A DNA stretch of 64,000 bases from Chthoniobacterales bacterium. GTDB lineage: Bacteria > Verrucomicrobiota > Verrucomicrobiia > Chthoniobacterales > JACTMZ01. A model generated the notes under the pieces. That model ran no database searches and was not told the DNA's origin. It saw only the letters and a list, made by a program, of their open reading frames with translations. The first letter of the stretch is position 1, and every line of letters starts with the position of its first letter. A program made the translations under genes and the position numbers. This document shows, in pieces, positions 36,444 to 46,076 of this stretch. The stretch is taken from positions 2,494 to 66,493 of the forward strand of contig JBIKLF010000006.1 in NCBI GenBank assembly GCA_044359955.1, read 5' to 3'.

Positions 36444-37199
36444 ATGGAAATTCTCGGCATCGACATCGGCGGTTCGGGCATCAAAGGCGCGCCGGTCAAC
36501 CTTGACGGCGGCAATCTCGCGGCCGAACGCCTGCGCATCGCCACCCCCTCGCCTTCGGCTCCGGACCCCGTGGCCGGGGTGATCCGGCAAATCACGGACA
36601 GCTTCGGCACCACTGGCGGACCAGTCGGCATCACTTTTCCCGGCGTGGTCAAAGGCGGACGCGTTATCACGGCCGCCAACATGGATCCGGCGTGGATCGG
36701 CTTTGATGCCGCCACCTTTTTCTCGGCCAAGCTCGGACGCCCCGCCTTGGTGGTCAATGATGCCGATGCCGCGGGCCTGGCCGAAATGCGTTTCGGCGCC
36801 GGGCGCGGCATGGGCGGCACCGTCATTCTGCTCACTCTCGGCACCGGCATCGGCAGCGCCGTTTTTCTCGACGGCAAGCTCGTGCCGAATACCGAATTCG
36901 GCCACATGGAAGTGCGCGGCAAGGACGCCGAGGCCCGGGCCTCCGACCGCGTGCGCGAGGAAAAAGATCTCGCCTGGGACCAATGGGGCGAACGCGTCGG
37001 CGAGGTCATCGCCCGCCTGGCCTTCCTGCTCAACCCCGACCTCGTCATCATCGGCGGCGGCGTGAGCCGCAAAGCGGAAAAATTTCTCCCCGTCGTGCAG
37101 GGCCTGGTCAAGGTCCCGGTTGTGCCGGCCCAATTGCAAAACCAAGCCGGCCTCATCGGCGCAGCCCTCGTCGCGGCCGGAGGCGTCACGTCCAAGTGA
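36444..37199 (+). CDS. ppgK: polyphosphate/ATP glucokinase (ROK family)
   Basis: 251 aa. [30 protein letters not shown] and EFGH motifs. Confidence 0.85.
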   Translation: MEILGIDIGGSGIKGAPVNLDGGNLAAERLRIATPSPSAPDPVAGVIRQITDSFGTTGGPVGITFPGVVKGGRVITAANMDPAWIGFDAATFFSAKLGRPALVVNDADAAGLAEMRFGAGRGMGGTVILLTLGTGIGSAVFLDGKLVPNTEFGHMEVRGKDAEARASDRVREEKDLAWDQWGERVGEVIARLAFLLNPDLVIIGGGVSRKAEKFLPVVQGLVKVPVVPAQLQNQAGLIGAALVAAGGVTSK

Positions 37200-38284
37200 G
37201 CACCGGCCCGCTCATCGAAGTCCCGGTCGCCATCCCCGGCCAGACCTGCCGCGTGCTCGTCGGCCCCGGCCTCCTGGCCCGCACCGGAGAGCTGGCGCGC
37301 GACTGCGGATTGCGCGGCACGGCCGCCGTCATCACCGACGAAAATGTCGCACCTCTCCACAGTGCGGCCGTGCGGAAATCCCTCGAGGCAGCGGGCCTCC
37401 AAGCCGTCCTCCTCACCGTCCCGGCCGGAGAAAAATCCAAGTGCCTCGCCACGGCCGAAGACCTCTGCGATGGCATGATTGAGGCCGGACTCGATCGCGG
37501 TTCCTTTGTGGTCGCCCTCGGCGGGGGCGTGGTGGGCGACCTGGCCGGCTTCGTTGCCGCCATTTACCAGCGCGGCCTGCCATTCGTGCAAATCCCCACG
37601 ACGATCGTGGCCCAGGTCGACAGTTCGATCGGCGGCAAAACCGGGGTCAATGCCCGCGCCGGCAAAAATCTCATCGGCGCTTTCCACCAACCGCGCCTCG
37701 TGCTGGCCGACACCACCACGCTGGCCACCCTGCCCGATCGTGCCTACCGCGAAGGTTTTGCCGAAGTGATCAAACACGGCGTCATCCGCGACGCCGCCCT
37801 GCTCGACGAACTCGACCCCGCCACCCCACGCGAAAATCTCGCCCCGCTCATCGCCCGCAACATCGCGATCAAAGCCGCCCTCGTGGCCGAGGACGAACAC
37901 GAGCAAACCGGCCAGCGCGCCCTGCTCAACTTCGGCCACACCATCGCCCACGCCATCGAAAATGTGGCCGGCTACGGACGATTCCTGCACGGCGAAGCGG
38001 TTAGTCTCGGAATGGCCGCGGCCTTGGAAATTTCCCAACACAAAGCCGGGCTGTCCGCCGAGGATGCCGCCCGCGTGCGCGAAAAGCTCGCCGCCTTCGG
38101 ACTGCCCCTCACCCTGCCGGACGATCTCGGTGCGGACGCCCTCATCGCCGCCGCCCGCCGCGACAAAAAGTTCGCCGCAGGCCAGATCCGCTACGTCGTC
38201 GTGCCCCATCTGGGCGAAGCCTTCGTCGCGGAGGATGTGACCGAAGACGATCTCCGCGCCGCGCTGCAAGCGCTGCGCGCCTGA
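37196..38284 (+). CDS. aroB: 3-dehydroquinate synthase
   Basis: GTG start overlapping the ppgK stop (GTGA). [37 protein letters not shown] and HGEAVSLGM motifs. Confidence 0.9.
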   Translation: MSTGPLIEVPVAIPGQTCRVLVGPGLLARTGELARDCGLRGTAAVITDENVAPLHSAAVRKSLEAAGLQAVLLTVPAGEKSKCLATAEDLCDGMIEAGLDRGSFVVALGGGVVGDLAGFVAAIYQRGLPFVQIPTTIVAQVDSSIGGKTGVNARAGKNLIGAFHQPRLVLADTTTLATLPDRAYREGFAEVIKHGVIRDAALLDELDPATPRENLAPLIARNIAIKAALVAEDEHEQTGQRALLNFGHTIAHAIENVAGYGRFLHGEAVSLGMAAALEISQHKAGLSAEDAARVREKLAAFGLPLTLPDDLGADALIAAARRDKKFAAGQIRYVVVPHLGEAFVAEDVTEDDLRAALQALRA

Positions 38285-38353
38285 AGCAGGGAGTTGGCAG
38301 TATTCAGTTGGCCGTGTTCAGTTTGTAGCAGCGGTCCATGACCGCCGGATGCG

Positions 38354-38619
38354 TTGCTAAAAACTGAATCACCGAAAACTGAAAACTCTGCACCAACGGC
38401 ACGCCTCTCTCAATCCGCACCAGGTAGGGCGCGGCGTCCCCGACGCGCCGGGCACCTTTGTTTCCAGGCACACGGCAGATCAGCGACGCCCCGCCCCACC
38501 CGGGAGGCCACCTTTGCCGCGAGGCGGGAAAAGGAGCGGACGAGCGGGCCGCGCTCCCCTACCATGCCGCTCTTGCTGAAAACTGAATCACCGAAAACTG
38601 AAAACTCTGCGCCAACGGC
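38354..38619. repeat. 47-bp direct repeat (38354..38400 and 38573..38619, 45/47 identical) flanking a 172-bp insert that contains a family A element
   Basis: Unit TTGCT(A/G)AAAACTGAATCACCGAAAACTGAAAACTCTGC(A/G)CCAACGGC (family D). The period is 219 bp, which is in frame. Confidence 0.85.
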
Positions 38620-39715
38620 GCAGAAAGCCCTCCATCTCTACATCCACATCCCGTTCTGCCTGCAAATCTGCCCTTACTGCAGTTTTTACAAGGACCTTGC
38701 GGGACCGGGGAAAGCCGACCCGTTGGTCGATGCCGTGGTGCGCGAGGCGGAACGGTTCGCTCAAGGAGTCGCCCCGCGCACCATCTTCATCGGCGGCGGC
38801 ACCCCGACCGCGCTTTCCGTCTCGCAACTCAAACGGCTTTTCGACGGTCTGCGGCGGCCCATGGATTTCACCCGGGTCGAGGAATTCACCATCGAGATGA
38901 ATCCGGCCACCGTGACGACACGCAAGGCGGAATTGCTCCGCGGCTTCGGCGTCAATCGTGTGAGCATGGGCGTGCAATCGTGGGACCCTCACCTGCTCAA
39001 ACTGCTCGGACGCGTCCATGATGCGGAGCAGGTCCGGCGATCATTCGCCATCTTGCGCCGCGCCGGATTCGACAACCTCAACCTCGACCTCATCTACGGC
39101 GTGCCGGGCCAGACACTTGCGCAGTGGGAGGAAAGCATCCGATGCACGGTCGCGCTCCAGCCGGAGCACATTTCGTCCTACTGCCTGACCTACGAGGAGG
39201 ATACCGAGTTCTTCGCACGCCTGGCCCGCGGGGAATTCACCGAGGATGCGGAAAGCGAGGCCGGCTTTTTCGAGCGTGGCTCCGCCCTGCTGCGCGAGGC
39301 CGGCTACGGGCAATACGAAATCTCCAACTACGCCCGACCCGGCCGCGAATGCCGTCACAACCTCGCCTACTGGGAAGGTGCGGACTACCTCGGGCTCGGA
39401 CCGAGCGCCTGGTCGACCATCGGCGACCGCCGCTGGCAGAACGTGCCCGACACCGCGGCCTACGTCCGCGCCGTGCAAGCGGGTGTGCGTCCGCTCCGCA
39501 ACGAGGAAATCCTGCCGCCGGCCACGCGCGAGGCGGAGAAAATCGCGTTCGGGCTGCGCATGAATGCCGGCATCGATCCGGCCCGGCTGACGGCACGGCG
39601 CGATCTCGTCACCGGATTGCGCGAGGAAGGCTTGCTCGAAGACCATGGCCCGCGGGTGCGACTGACCGAACGCGGACGCCTCCTCGCCGACGAGATCGCC
39701 GCCGAGTTGATGTAG
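38564..39715 (+). CDS. hemW: radical SAM family heme chaperone HemW / HemN-like
   Basis: LYIHIPFCLQICPYCSF (CxxxCxxC), GGGTPT and the HemN C-terminal domain. The first ~20 codons are repeat-derived and the start is uncertain. Confidence 0.85.
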   Translation: MPLLLKTESPKTENSAPTAQKALHLYIHIPFCLQICPYCSFYKDLAGPGKADPLVDAVVREAERFAQGVAPRTIFIGGGTPTALSVSQLKRLFDGLRRPMDFTRVEEFTIEMNPATVTTRKAELLRGFGVNRVSMGVQSWDPHLLKLLGRVHDAEQVRRSFAILRRAGFDNLNLDLIYGVPGQTLAQWEESIRCTVALQPEHISSYCLTYEEDTEFFARLARGEFTEDAESEAGFFERGSALLREAGYGQYEISNYARPGRECRHNLAYWEGADYLGLGPSAWSTIGDRRWQNVPDTAAYVRAVQAGVRPLRNEEILPPATREAEKIAFGLRMNAGIDPARLTARRDLVTGLREEGLLEDHGPRVRLTERGRLLADEIAAELM

Positions 39716-39729
39716 CAACGCCGCCCGGC

Positions 39730-39859
39730 GTTTTGGAGTGCGGTGGCAAAGCCACCGCTTTTTTTGCGTGGAAACCCCAAATCTTGCCGCAGCCCGCACC
39801 GCACCGCGAGCCCCCTCACAAAAAACGAAAAGCGCCGTCCAGCCGGCGCACTCCAAAAG
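39730..39859. repeat. REP family B doublet
   Basis: GTTTTGGAGTGCGGTGGCAAAGCCACCGCTTTTT ... GAAAAGCGCCGTCCAGCCGGCGCACTCCAAAAG, in the same head-to-head arrangement as the RAYT flanks. Confidence 0.85.
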
Positions 39860-39913
39860 CCAAAAGGGCGTCCCTCGCGGGACGCCCTTGGTGAATTGCT
39901 GGTGCGAGTCGGC

Positions 39914-40348
39914 TTAGTAGCCGCCGCGGTCGCTGCCACGGTCGCGGTATCCACCGCCACCGCCGCCACCGCCACGGTATCCGCCGCCGCCACCGCCGCC
40001 GCTACGGCCTCCGCCGCCGCCGCCGCGATAGCCACCGCCACCGCCACCACCGCCACCGCCGCGGTATCCGCCGCCACCACCGCCGCCTTGCGGACGGTCT
40101 TCACGGGGACGCGCTTCGTTGACTTGGATGGAACGGCCGTCCATGTCCTGGCCATGGAACTTGCCGACGGCCGCATTGGCTTCTTCGTCGCTTGAGAAGG
40201 TGACAAAACCGAAACCGCGCGAGCGGCCGGTCTGACGATCGACGGCAATCATGACGTCAGTCACGGTGCCACATTGTCCGAAGGCGTCGCGCAGCGAGTC
40301 TTCGGTGGTGCTGAAGGGGAGATTCCCCACATAGAGTTTGTTACCCAT
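39914..40348 (-). CDS. RRM-type RNA-binding protein with Gly/Arg-rich (RGG) tail
   Basis: RNP2 LYVGNL and RNP1 RGFGFVTF. The C-terminus is a GGGGGGYRGGGG repeat. Confidence 0.9.
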   Translation of the reverse strand: MGNKLYVGNLPFSTTEDSLRDAFGQCGTVTDVMIAVDRQTGRSRGFGFVTFSSDEEANAAVGKFHGQDMDGRSIQVNEARPREDRPQGGGGGGGYRGGGGGGGGGGYRGGGGGGRSGGGGGGGYRGGGGGGGGYRDRGSDRGGY

Positions 40349-40537
40349 ACTATTATCTTTCTGTTGTGTTTTACTGCCAGGCTCCAAGCCGTCCGGTGCC
40401 TGCGCAGGATCCCACGAACGTTAACTCAACCCGGGGGTGCGCTTTCTGACCTGAACTTGTCGACTGTCGGGTATGAGGATCGTCCGAACTACCCAAAGCG
40501 CAAGCGAAATCGCGTCCGAGGACGGCATCGTTCCGGT

Positions 40538-41611
40538 TCAGTCCCCCGCCCCGTCTCCGAAATGCTTGCGCGGCATCAGGTAGCGCGCCACATAGTCCTG
40601 CACCGCCTCCGGCAGCGCCCTCACTCCCCCCTCGTAACCGGTCGACTTCAGCTTGGTGATATCCGCCTGCGTGAAATATTGATATTGGCTCCTCAGCGCC
40701 TCGGGCATTTCGATGAATTCAATGCGCGCCTCCCGCCCCATCGCCTCGAAAATCGGGTGCACCAAGTCGAGCCACGTGTGCGCCTGGCCCGATCCAATGT
40801 TGAACAACCCGCCGGCCTTCCGCATCGCCGCCAAGTGCAGGGTCATGGCCACCGCATCTTTGACATAAAGAAAATCCCGCAGCTGCCCGCCGTCCGCGTA
40901 ATCCGCATGGTAGCTCTTGAACAACTGCACCTGCCCCGTCTCCTCGATCTGCCGCCAGGCCTTGCTCACCACACTGCGCATCTCGCCCTTGTGCTCCTCG
41001 TTCGGGCCGAAAATATTGAAATATTTCAGCCCGACCATCCGCCGCAGATACCCCTCGCGCTGCGCGTGAAGATCGAAAAGCTGCTTCGAATACCCGTAGG
41101 CATTCAGCGGGCGCCAGGCGGACAAATCATCGGACAAATCATCCATCCCGGCCGCACCATCCCCGTAGGTCGCCGCCGAGGACGCATAAACAAAACGCGC
41201 GCCGCGCCCCAAGGCCCACTCGGCCAACTGACGCGTGCAGCCGAAATTGTTCCGCAGCAAATAGTCCGCATCCCGCTCCGTGGTCGAAGAACACGCCCCC
41301 AGGTGGAACACATGGGTGAATTCGCCGAAGGCCCCCGCCTTGTCCGCCAACCGGTCGTAAAATTCGTCCGCCTCGACAAATTCCTCGAAACGCAAGGGCG
41401 CAAGATTCCGCCACTTCTCGTCGCTCTCGAGTTGATCCACCACAACCACCCGGTCCGTCCCGTGCCAACGATTCAACGCCCCGACAAGCACGCTCCCGAT
41501 GAAACCCGCCCCGCCCGTCACCAAAAAACGATCCTTGCCCGAGAACGCCGCCTTTGGCGCACTCCCGCCTTTCGAAGATTTCTTTTTCGCCGGTTGTTTC
41601 GTCTTGCCCAT
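40538..41611 (-). CDS. hldD: ADP-L-glycero-D-manno-heptose 6-epimerase
   Basis: VTGGAGFIGS, YGYSK and YFNIFGPNEEHKGEMRSVV. An unusual Lys-rich 27-aa N-terminal extension is present if ATG 41611 is used. Confidence 0.82.
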   Translation of the reverse strand: MGKTKQPAKKKSSKGGSAPKAAFSGKDRFLVTGGAGFIGSVLVGALNRWHGTDRVVVVDQLESDEKWRNLAPLRFEEFVEADEFYDRLADKAGAFGEFTHVFHLGACSSTTERDADYLLRNNFGCTRQLAEWALGRGARFVYASSAATYGDGAAGMDDLSDDLSAWRPLNAYGYSKQLFDLHAQREGYLRRMVGLKYFNIFGPNEEHKGEMRSVVSKAWRQIEETGQVQLFKSYHADYADGGQLRDFLYVKDAVAMTLHLAAMRKAGGLFNIGSGQAHTWLDLVHPIFEAMGREARIEFIEMPEALRSQYQYFTQADITKLKSTGYEGGVRALPEAVQDYVARYLMPRKHFGDGAGD

Positions 41612-41697
41612 GCGGACCCCATCGTAATCACCGCACACCCCCGCGGGCAAATCCCTTCGCATTGCCACACCGCCACGCCCGCCGTAACATTCCGACC

Positions 41698-43434
41698 ATG
41701 CTGTCACCCCGCTGGGAAACCCGGGATCCCGCGGATCCAATCATCGCGCAGACTCTGGTCCGCGAACTCGGCATCTCCGCACTCCTCGCCGCACTCCTCA
41801 CCTCGCGTGATATCACCGACCCCGGTGAAGCGGACCACTTCCTCCACCCCCGCCTCGCCTCCCTCCCCGATCCGCTGGCCACGCCCGGACTCGAAGCCGC
41901 CGCCCGGCGCCTCGCCCTCGCCGTGGAACGCGGGGAAAATGTCGTCCTTTACGGCGACTATGACGTCGATGGCGTGACCTCCCTCGCCATCATGCACCGC
42001 TTTCTGGCCGCGCTCGGACTCGAGGCCGGCTGGTTCCTCCCGCTGCGCGAATCCGAAGGCTACGGGCTGAGCCGCGACGGACTCGATCGCGTCTTCGCCT
42101 CCCGCTCGCCCACCCTCCTTGTCGCCCTCGACTGCGGCACCGGTTCACATGAAGAAGCCGCCTGGCTCGCCGCACGCGGCGTCGACCTCGTCATCATCGA
42201 CCACCACGAACCGAAACACGGCGCCGCCCCCTGCACCGCACTGGTCAATCCCAAGGCCCTCGGCGGCAACACCGACCTCTGCACCGCCGCACTCGTCTTC
42301 AAAGTCTGCCACGGCATCCAAAAAGTCAGCGGACGCCGCGAGCCCGACCTCCGCGACTTCCTCGACCTCGCCGCCATGGGCACGATCTGCGACCTCGCCC
42401 CGCTGCGCGGCGAAAACCGCGTCATCGTCCGCCACGGCCTGGCCCGGCTCAGCGCGACCAAATGGGAAGGACTCCGCGCCCTCATGGAAATTTCCTCCGT
42501 CATGCCGCCCGTTATCACCACCGCCGAAGTCGGGTTCCGCCTCGGGCCCCGCCTCAACGCGGCCGGACGTCTCAACACCGCCGAAGCCGCACTCAAGCTG
42601 CTCCTCACCGAAGATCCCGCCGAAGCGCGGCGCCTCGCCCGCGAACTCGACGTCTGCAACCGCGAACGCCAGGACCTCGAACAGCACGTCCTCGAAGCCG
42701 CCTTCGCTTCGCTGGAAAAAGATTTCGACCCCGACCGCGATTGCGCCATCGTCGTGGGCGGCGAAGGCTGGCATGCCGGCGTGGTCGGCATCGTCGCCTC
42801 CCGCCTCTGCCGCAAATACCACCGCCCCGCCATCGTCGTCGGCTTCGACGAGAAGGGCGAAGGCCACGGCAGCGGACGCAGCATCGACGCCCTCTCCCTC
42901 ATCGAAACCCTCGGCGACTGCGCCGACTTGCTCGGCCCCTTTGGCGGACACCACATGGCCGCCGGCCTAAGCATCACGCGGGAAAACTTCGCCGACTTCC
43001 GGGATAAATTCACCTCCGCCGCCGCGCGCCGTCTGCAGCCGCAGGACCTCGTTCCCCGCATCCGACTCGACGCCCGCATCGACGTCGCTGATCTGGAACA
43101 CGCGCACCTCGAAGAATTGTCCCTCCTCGAACCCTGCGGCATGGGCAACCCCGCCCCGCTCTTCTACGCCCGCGCCGTCGCCCCCGTGCACGGCCCCGAC
43201 GTGCTCAAAGAAAAACACGTGCGCTTCCGGGTTCGCGGACGCGAAGAACTCCTCGCCGCCATTTATTTCAACGGCGCCCGCGACGATTTCCCCCGCGCCC
43301 CGTGGGACGTCGCCTTCAAACTCGTCCGCAACGAATACCGCCAGCGTATCAGCCTCCAACTCGAAGTCCAACACCTCCGCCCCGCCGAAAACGGCGAAGC
43401 CACCCCCAGCCCCGCCTCCGCCCCGGCCAGGTAG
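41698..43434 (+). CDS. recJ: single-stranded-DNA-specific exonuclease RecJ
   Basis: DHH motifs (LYGDYDVDGVTS, ALDCGT, VIIDHH), a DHHA1 domain (GGHHMAAG) and an OB-fold tail. The TAG stop lies inside a family A-type repeat. Confidence 0.9.
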   Translation: MLSPRWETRDPADPIIAQTLVRELGISALLAALLTSRDITDPGEADHFLHPRLASLPDPLATPGLEAAARRLALAVERGENVVLYGDYDVDGVTSLAIMHRFLAALGLEAGWFLPLRESEGYGLSRDGLDRVFASRSPTLLVALDCGTGSHEEAAWLAARGVDLVIIDHHEPKHGAAPCTALVNPKALGGNTDLCTAALVFKVCHGIQKVSGRREPDLRDFLDLAAMGTICDLAPLRGENRVIVRHGLARLSATKWEGLRALMEISSVMPPVITTAEVGFRLGPRLNAAGRLNTAEAALKLLLTEDPAEARRLARELDVCNRERQDLEQHVLEAAFASLEKDFDPDRDCAIVVGGEGWHAGVVGIVASRLCRKYHRPAIVVGFDEKGEGHGSGRSIDALSLIETLGDCADLLGPFGGHHMAAGLSITRENFADFRDKFTSAAARRLQPQDLVPRIRLDARIDVADLEHAHLEELSLLEPCGMGNPAPLFYARAVAPVHGPDVLKEKHVRFRVRGREELLAAIYFNGARDDFPRAPWDVAFKLVRNEYRQRISLQLEVQHLRPAENGEATPSPASAPAR

Positions 43435-43617
43435 AGCGCGGCGTCCCCGACGCGCCGGGAACATTTCCCCTCGTCCGCGCAGCAAGCAGCGCCACCTCAA
43501 CCCGCCGCCTTCCGGAAATTTTCCACCACCAACCGCGCCGCATCCCGGCACCACACGCCCCGACCGAATCACATTGCCAACCCGCACAAGGAATGCTTTA
43601 GTCTCGGTTCGTTTTCA

Positions 43618-43690
43618 GGGGTCATAGCTCAGTTGGTAGAGCGCCTCAATGGCATTGAGGAGGTCTGGGGTTCGAATCCCCATGGCTCCA
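43618..43690 (+). tRNA. tRNA-Ala (anticodon GGC)
   Basis: The 73-nt cloverleaf was folded by hand. Acceptor stem GGGGTCA/TGGCTCC with the G3:U70 alanine identity pair. Anticodon loop ATGGCAT, T-loop GGTTCGAATCC, discriminator A. No encoded CCA. Confidence 0.9.
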
Positions 43691-43770
43691 CTCCCCCGAC
43701 GCCCCCTTCCCTCCAGTCGCTCTCCGCCCCTTGTCACGCCGACCACCGGCGCGGATGGCCGCGCGGGGGA

Positions 43771-44086
43771 GCCGGCTGTAGCAGAAGCAAATGTTCGTTC
43801 AGAAGGTAGGGACGAGCGGCCCGCTCGTCCGATCCCCAACAAACGGACGCGCGAGCCGCGCGTCCCTACCTCAGCCGGAACCATGCAAAACATTCTGCCC
43901 TTTCCGGCACTGCCACAGAGACGCACCTGGGCGAAAGTTGACTAACTATTTGGTGAGCGAGTTGGCACGTGGCCAAGGGGCGCGGGCGTTCCGCCCGTCA
44001 CGATCCGACAACACGGCCGGGACGGCTATGCCCCCTGGAAAAACCGAGCCAAGCCGTGCTTTTATTGCGTCTTCAACTGCATGGAT
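43771..44086. repeat. composite repeat, copy 3 (inverted orientation, with a ~100-bp internal insertion)
   Basis: Reverse complement of the 46077..46291 body, including the family A double hairpin (43805..43870), CCGAGCCAAGCC and a 27/31 match to the 31-mer (44056..44086). Confidence 0.75.
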
Positions 44087-44192
44087 ACGGCTGAGCCGCT
44101 TGGTCCCAGAAGCGGGAAGCGTCGCGTTCATCCTTCTCTTGGAGACCGGCATTGCTGTCATGCTGCAATGCCGCAATACGAGAGACACCAGG

Positions 44193-45467
44193 TTAATCGA
44201 CCGCCGCAATCTTCTCCGCCTCCTTCAAGGCCATGCCGACGACTTGATCCATGTTGTAGTAACGGTAGGTGGCCAAGCGTCCAATGAACGACACTGAAGG
44301 TGTCGTAGTGGCGGGTGACGGGTGGCTAGTGGCGAGTGAAGAGGAGAGTGACCGGATGTGGGCGGGGAACGGATCGGTTTCGGTGAGGGCTTTATATTTC
44401 TGGTAGGTCGCGGCGGAGTCGGGGGCGGGAATGGGATAGTAGGCTTCTTTGCCGGGACCGAAGTCGTCGGGGTATTCGCGGACGATGGTCGTGTTGTCGC
44501 ACTGCTGTCCGGTGGCGTGTTTGATTTCGACGATGCGGGTGAACTCTTCGTCGTTCGGATAATTCACCTGCATGGCGGGCTGGTAAAAGCCCGGAGGGCT
44601 TTTGAGGGATGAAGTCTGAGAGCTGACACCTGAGTGATAGGCAGTGAGCTGCTCGGGGGTGAAGGATTCGGGCTCGAAGCGGAGGGACCGATACGGGAGG
44701 CGGCCGTGGCAGTAATCGTAGTATTCGTCGATCGGGCCGGTGTAGACGAGGTGCTTGCATTCAACCTGCGGGAGGATGTCGCGGAATTCGGTGTTGAGGA
44801 GAATCTCCAGCTTGTCGCCGCAGGCGGCGACCATTCTTTCGAACATCGCGGTGTAGCCGGCCTTGGGGATCGCTTGGAATTCCTCGCGCAGGTAGCGGTC
44901 GTCGCGGTTGGTGCGGATGGGGATGCGTCCGCAGACCGATGCATCGAGATCCTTCGGGTCACGCCGCCACTGCTTGAGTGTGTAGCCTTTGAAAAATTTC
45001 TCGTAGAGCTCCCAGCCGACCTGACTGACGATGACTTCTTCGGAGTTGGCCGGGTTTTCGATGGGGACGCGTTTTTCGGCCAGCCACACTTCCATTTCCT
45101 CCGAGGTGGAAGGGCGTCCGAGGAATTGTTCGAAGGTATTGAGGTTGATCGGGAAGTTCCAGTAACGGCCGTCGCTGTAAGAGAGGATCTGGTATTCCAC
45201 CGGATGCCATTCGGTGAACTGGCTCAGGTAATCGACGATGCGCGGGGCGTTGGTGCGGAAGTAGTGCGGCCCGTAGGTGTGGACGAGGACGCCGGCTTCG
45301 TCATATTTGTCATAAGCATTGCCGCCGAGGTGGTCGCGCTTTTCGACAATGAGACACGTCTTCCCCTGCTGCGTGGTGAGGCGCTCGGCCATGGTCAGGC
45401 CGGAAAAGCCGGCACCGACGATAAGGCAGTCGATGTTGCGGAGCATGGAGCGGGGAGCGTGGAGCAT
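44193..45467 (-). CDS. glf: UDP-galactopyranose mutase
   Basis: FAD motif DCLIVGAGFSG, TYGPHYFRT, and the C-terminal FIGRLATYRYYNMDQ. Alternative start at 45446. The upstream part of the track ORF is family E repeat. Confidence 0.88.
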   Translation of the reverse strand: MLHAPRSMLRNIDCLIVGAGFSGLTMAERLTTQQGKTCLIVEKRDHLGGNAYDKYDEAGVLVHTYGPHYFRTNAPRIVDYLSQFTEWHPVEYQILSYSDGRYWNFPINLNTFEQFLGRPSTSEEMEVWLAEKRVPIENPANSEEVIVSQVGWELYEKFFKGYTLKQWRRDPKDLDASVCGRIPIRTNRDDRYLREEFQAIPKAGYTAMFERMVAACGDKLEILLNTEFRDILPQVECKHLVYTGPIDEYYDYCHGRLPYRSLRFEPESFTPEQLTAYHSGVSSQTSSLKSPPGFYQPAMQVNYPNDEEFTRIVEIKHATGQQCDNTTIVREYPDDFGPGKEAYYPIPAPDSAATYQKYKALTETDPFPAHIRSLSSSLATSHPSPATTTPSVSFIGRLATYRYYNMDQVVGMALKEAEKIAAVD

Positions 45468-45534
45468 GGTGCGGGCCGGCGGGGCCGGCTGTGACGTGTG
45501 ACGTGTGGCGTGTGACGTGTGACGAGCCCGAATG

Positions 45535-45807
45535 TTACGCGGGCTTTTCGGCGACGCGGGCAGTTGCGAATCGGCGCTGGCCGAAGTCACCACGTCTCAA
45601 ACCACCGAGCGAGAGATCCTCGTCAAGATCAGGCCAGTGCAAACCGAATGGGGAAATTTCAACATTGTTGAGTTGGGCTTCGGATCCGCGACTCAACCGC
45701 GGATTTTCTCCGACCGAGAAACGCAATTCAGAACCGTCCTCCATCTCAACAACCATCGTTGGAGCAGAGTAGTAAACGCGCTTTGCTTTAGATGCCGAAG
45801 TGCTCAT
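45535..45807 (-). CDS. DUF2442 domain protein
   Basis: 90 aa. The pattern NVEISPFGLHWPDLDEDLSLGGL is characteristic of DUF2442. Confidence 0.75.
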   Translation of the reverse strand: MSTSASKAKRVYYSAPTMVVEMEDGSELRFSVGENPRLSRGSEAQLNNVEISPFGLHWPDLDEDLSLGGLRRGDFGQRRFATARVAEKPA

Positions 45808-46060
45808 GCCACCTATTCAATATCAGCTGTTTGTTTTCCTGGGCAAGCTGTTGGGCCTTGGCCAGATCATTAAGCCTGAAGCCGTGGGATTCCCGCAGTT
45901 CCACGTCGTCCGCAACGTCAAAGATTGCCTCGGCGCCCGCCTTCACAACATGCGCTTTTATTGCGTCTCCGACTGCATGAATCCGGCTTAGCGGGCCGAC
46001 TCCATGCCCAAAGTATTTGAACAAGACGGCTTCCGCTTCGGCTTTTACAGCAACGACCAT
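45788..46060 (-). CDS. DUF4160-like protein (N-terminus atypical)
   Basis: 90 aa. The C-terminal half (EAIFDV...ELRESHGFRLNDLAKAQQLAQENKQLILNRWHEHFG) fits DUF4160. The N-terminal region contains the 31-mer shared with the composite repeats. 20-nt overlap with the DUF2442 gene. Confidence 0.55.
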   Translation of the reverse strand: MVVAVKAEAEAVLFKYFGHGVGPLSRIHAVGDAIKAHVVKAGAEAIFDVADDVELRESHGFRLNDLAKAQQLAQENKQLILNRWHEHFGI

Positions 46061-46076
46061 GAACCGGTTCACGTGC

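Noticed and set aside
36314-38269. 651-aa minus-strand ORF (and 36162..37145)
   Set aside because: It is antisense to ppgK and aroB, both of which have strong family motifs.
38354-38563. Longer HemW N-terminus starting at TTG 38354 (453-aa track ORF)
   Set aside because: The extra 70 codons are entirely repeat-derived (family D and family A) and Arg/Pro-rich. They are retained only as a structural observation, not as coding sequence.
39930-40090. Tandem GGCGGTGGCGGTGG-type repeat and the Ala-rich ORFs 39460..40248 and 39743..40195
   Set aside because: This is the coding sequence of the Gly/Arg-rich tail of the RRM protein on the minus strand. The other ORFs are alternative frames of the same low-complexity DNA.
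40274-41977. 567-aa plus-strand ORF
   Set aside because: It is antisense to hldD, is Arg/Pro-rich and runs across the hldD/recJ divergent region.
45468-45593. N-terminal extension of glf (MVTSASADSQLPASPKSPRNIRARHTSHATRHTSQ...)
   Set aside because: The extension is encoded by the family E GTCAC repeat. The Rossmann motif begins a few residues after the internal Met codons at 45467 and 45446.
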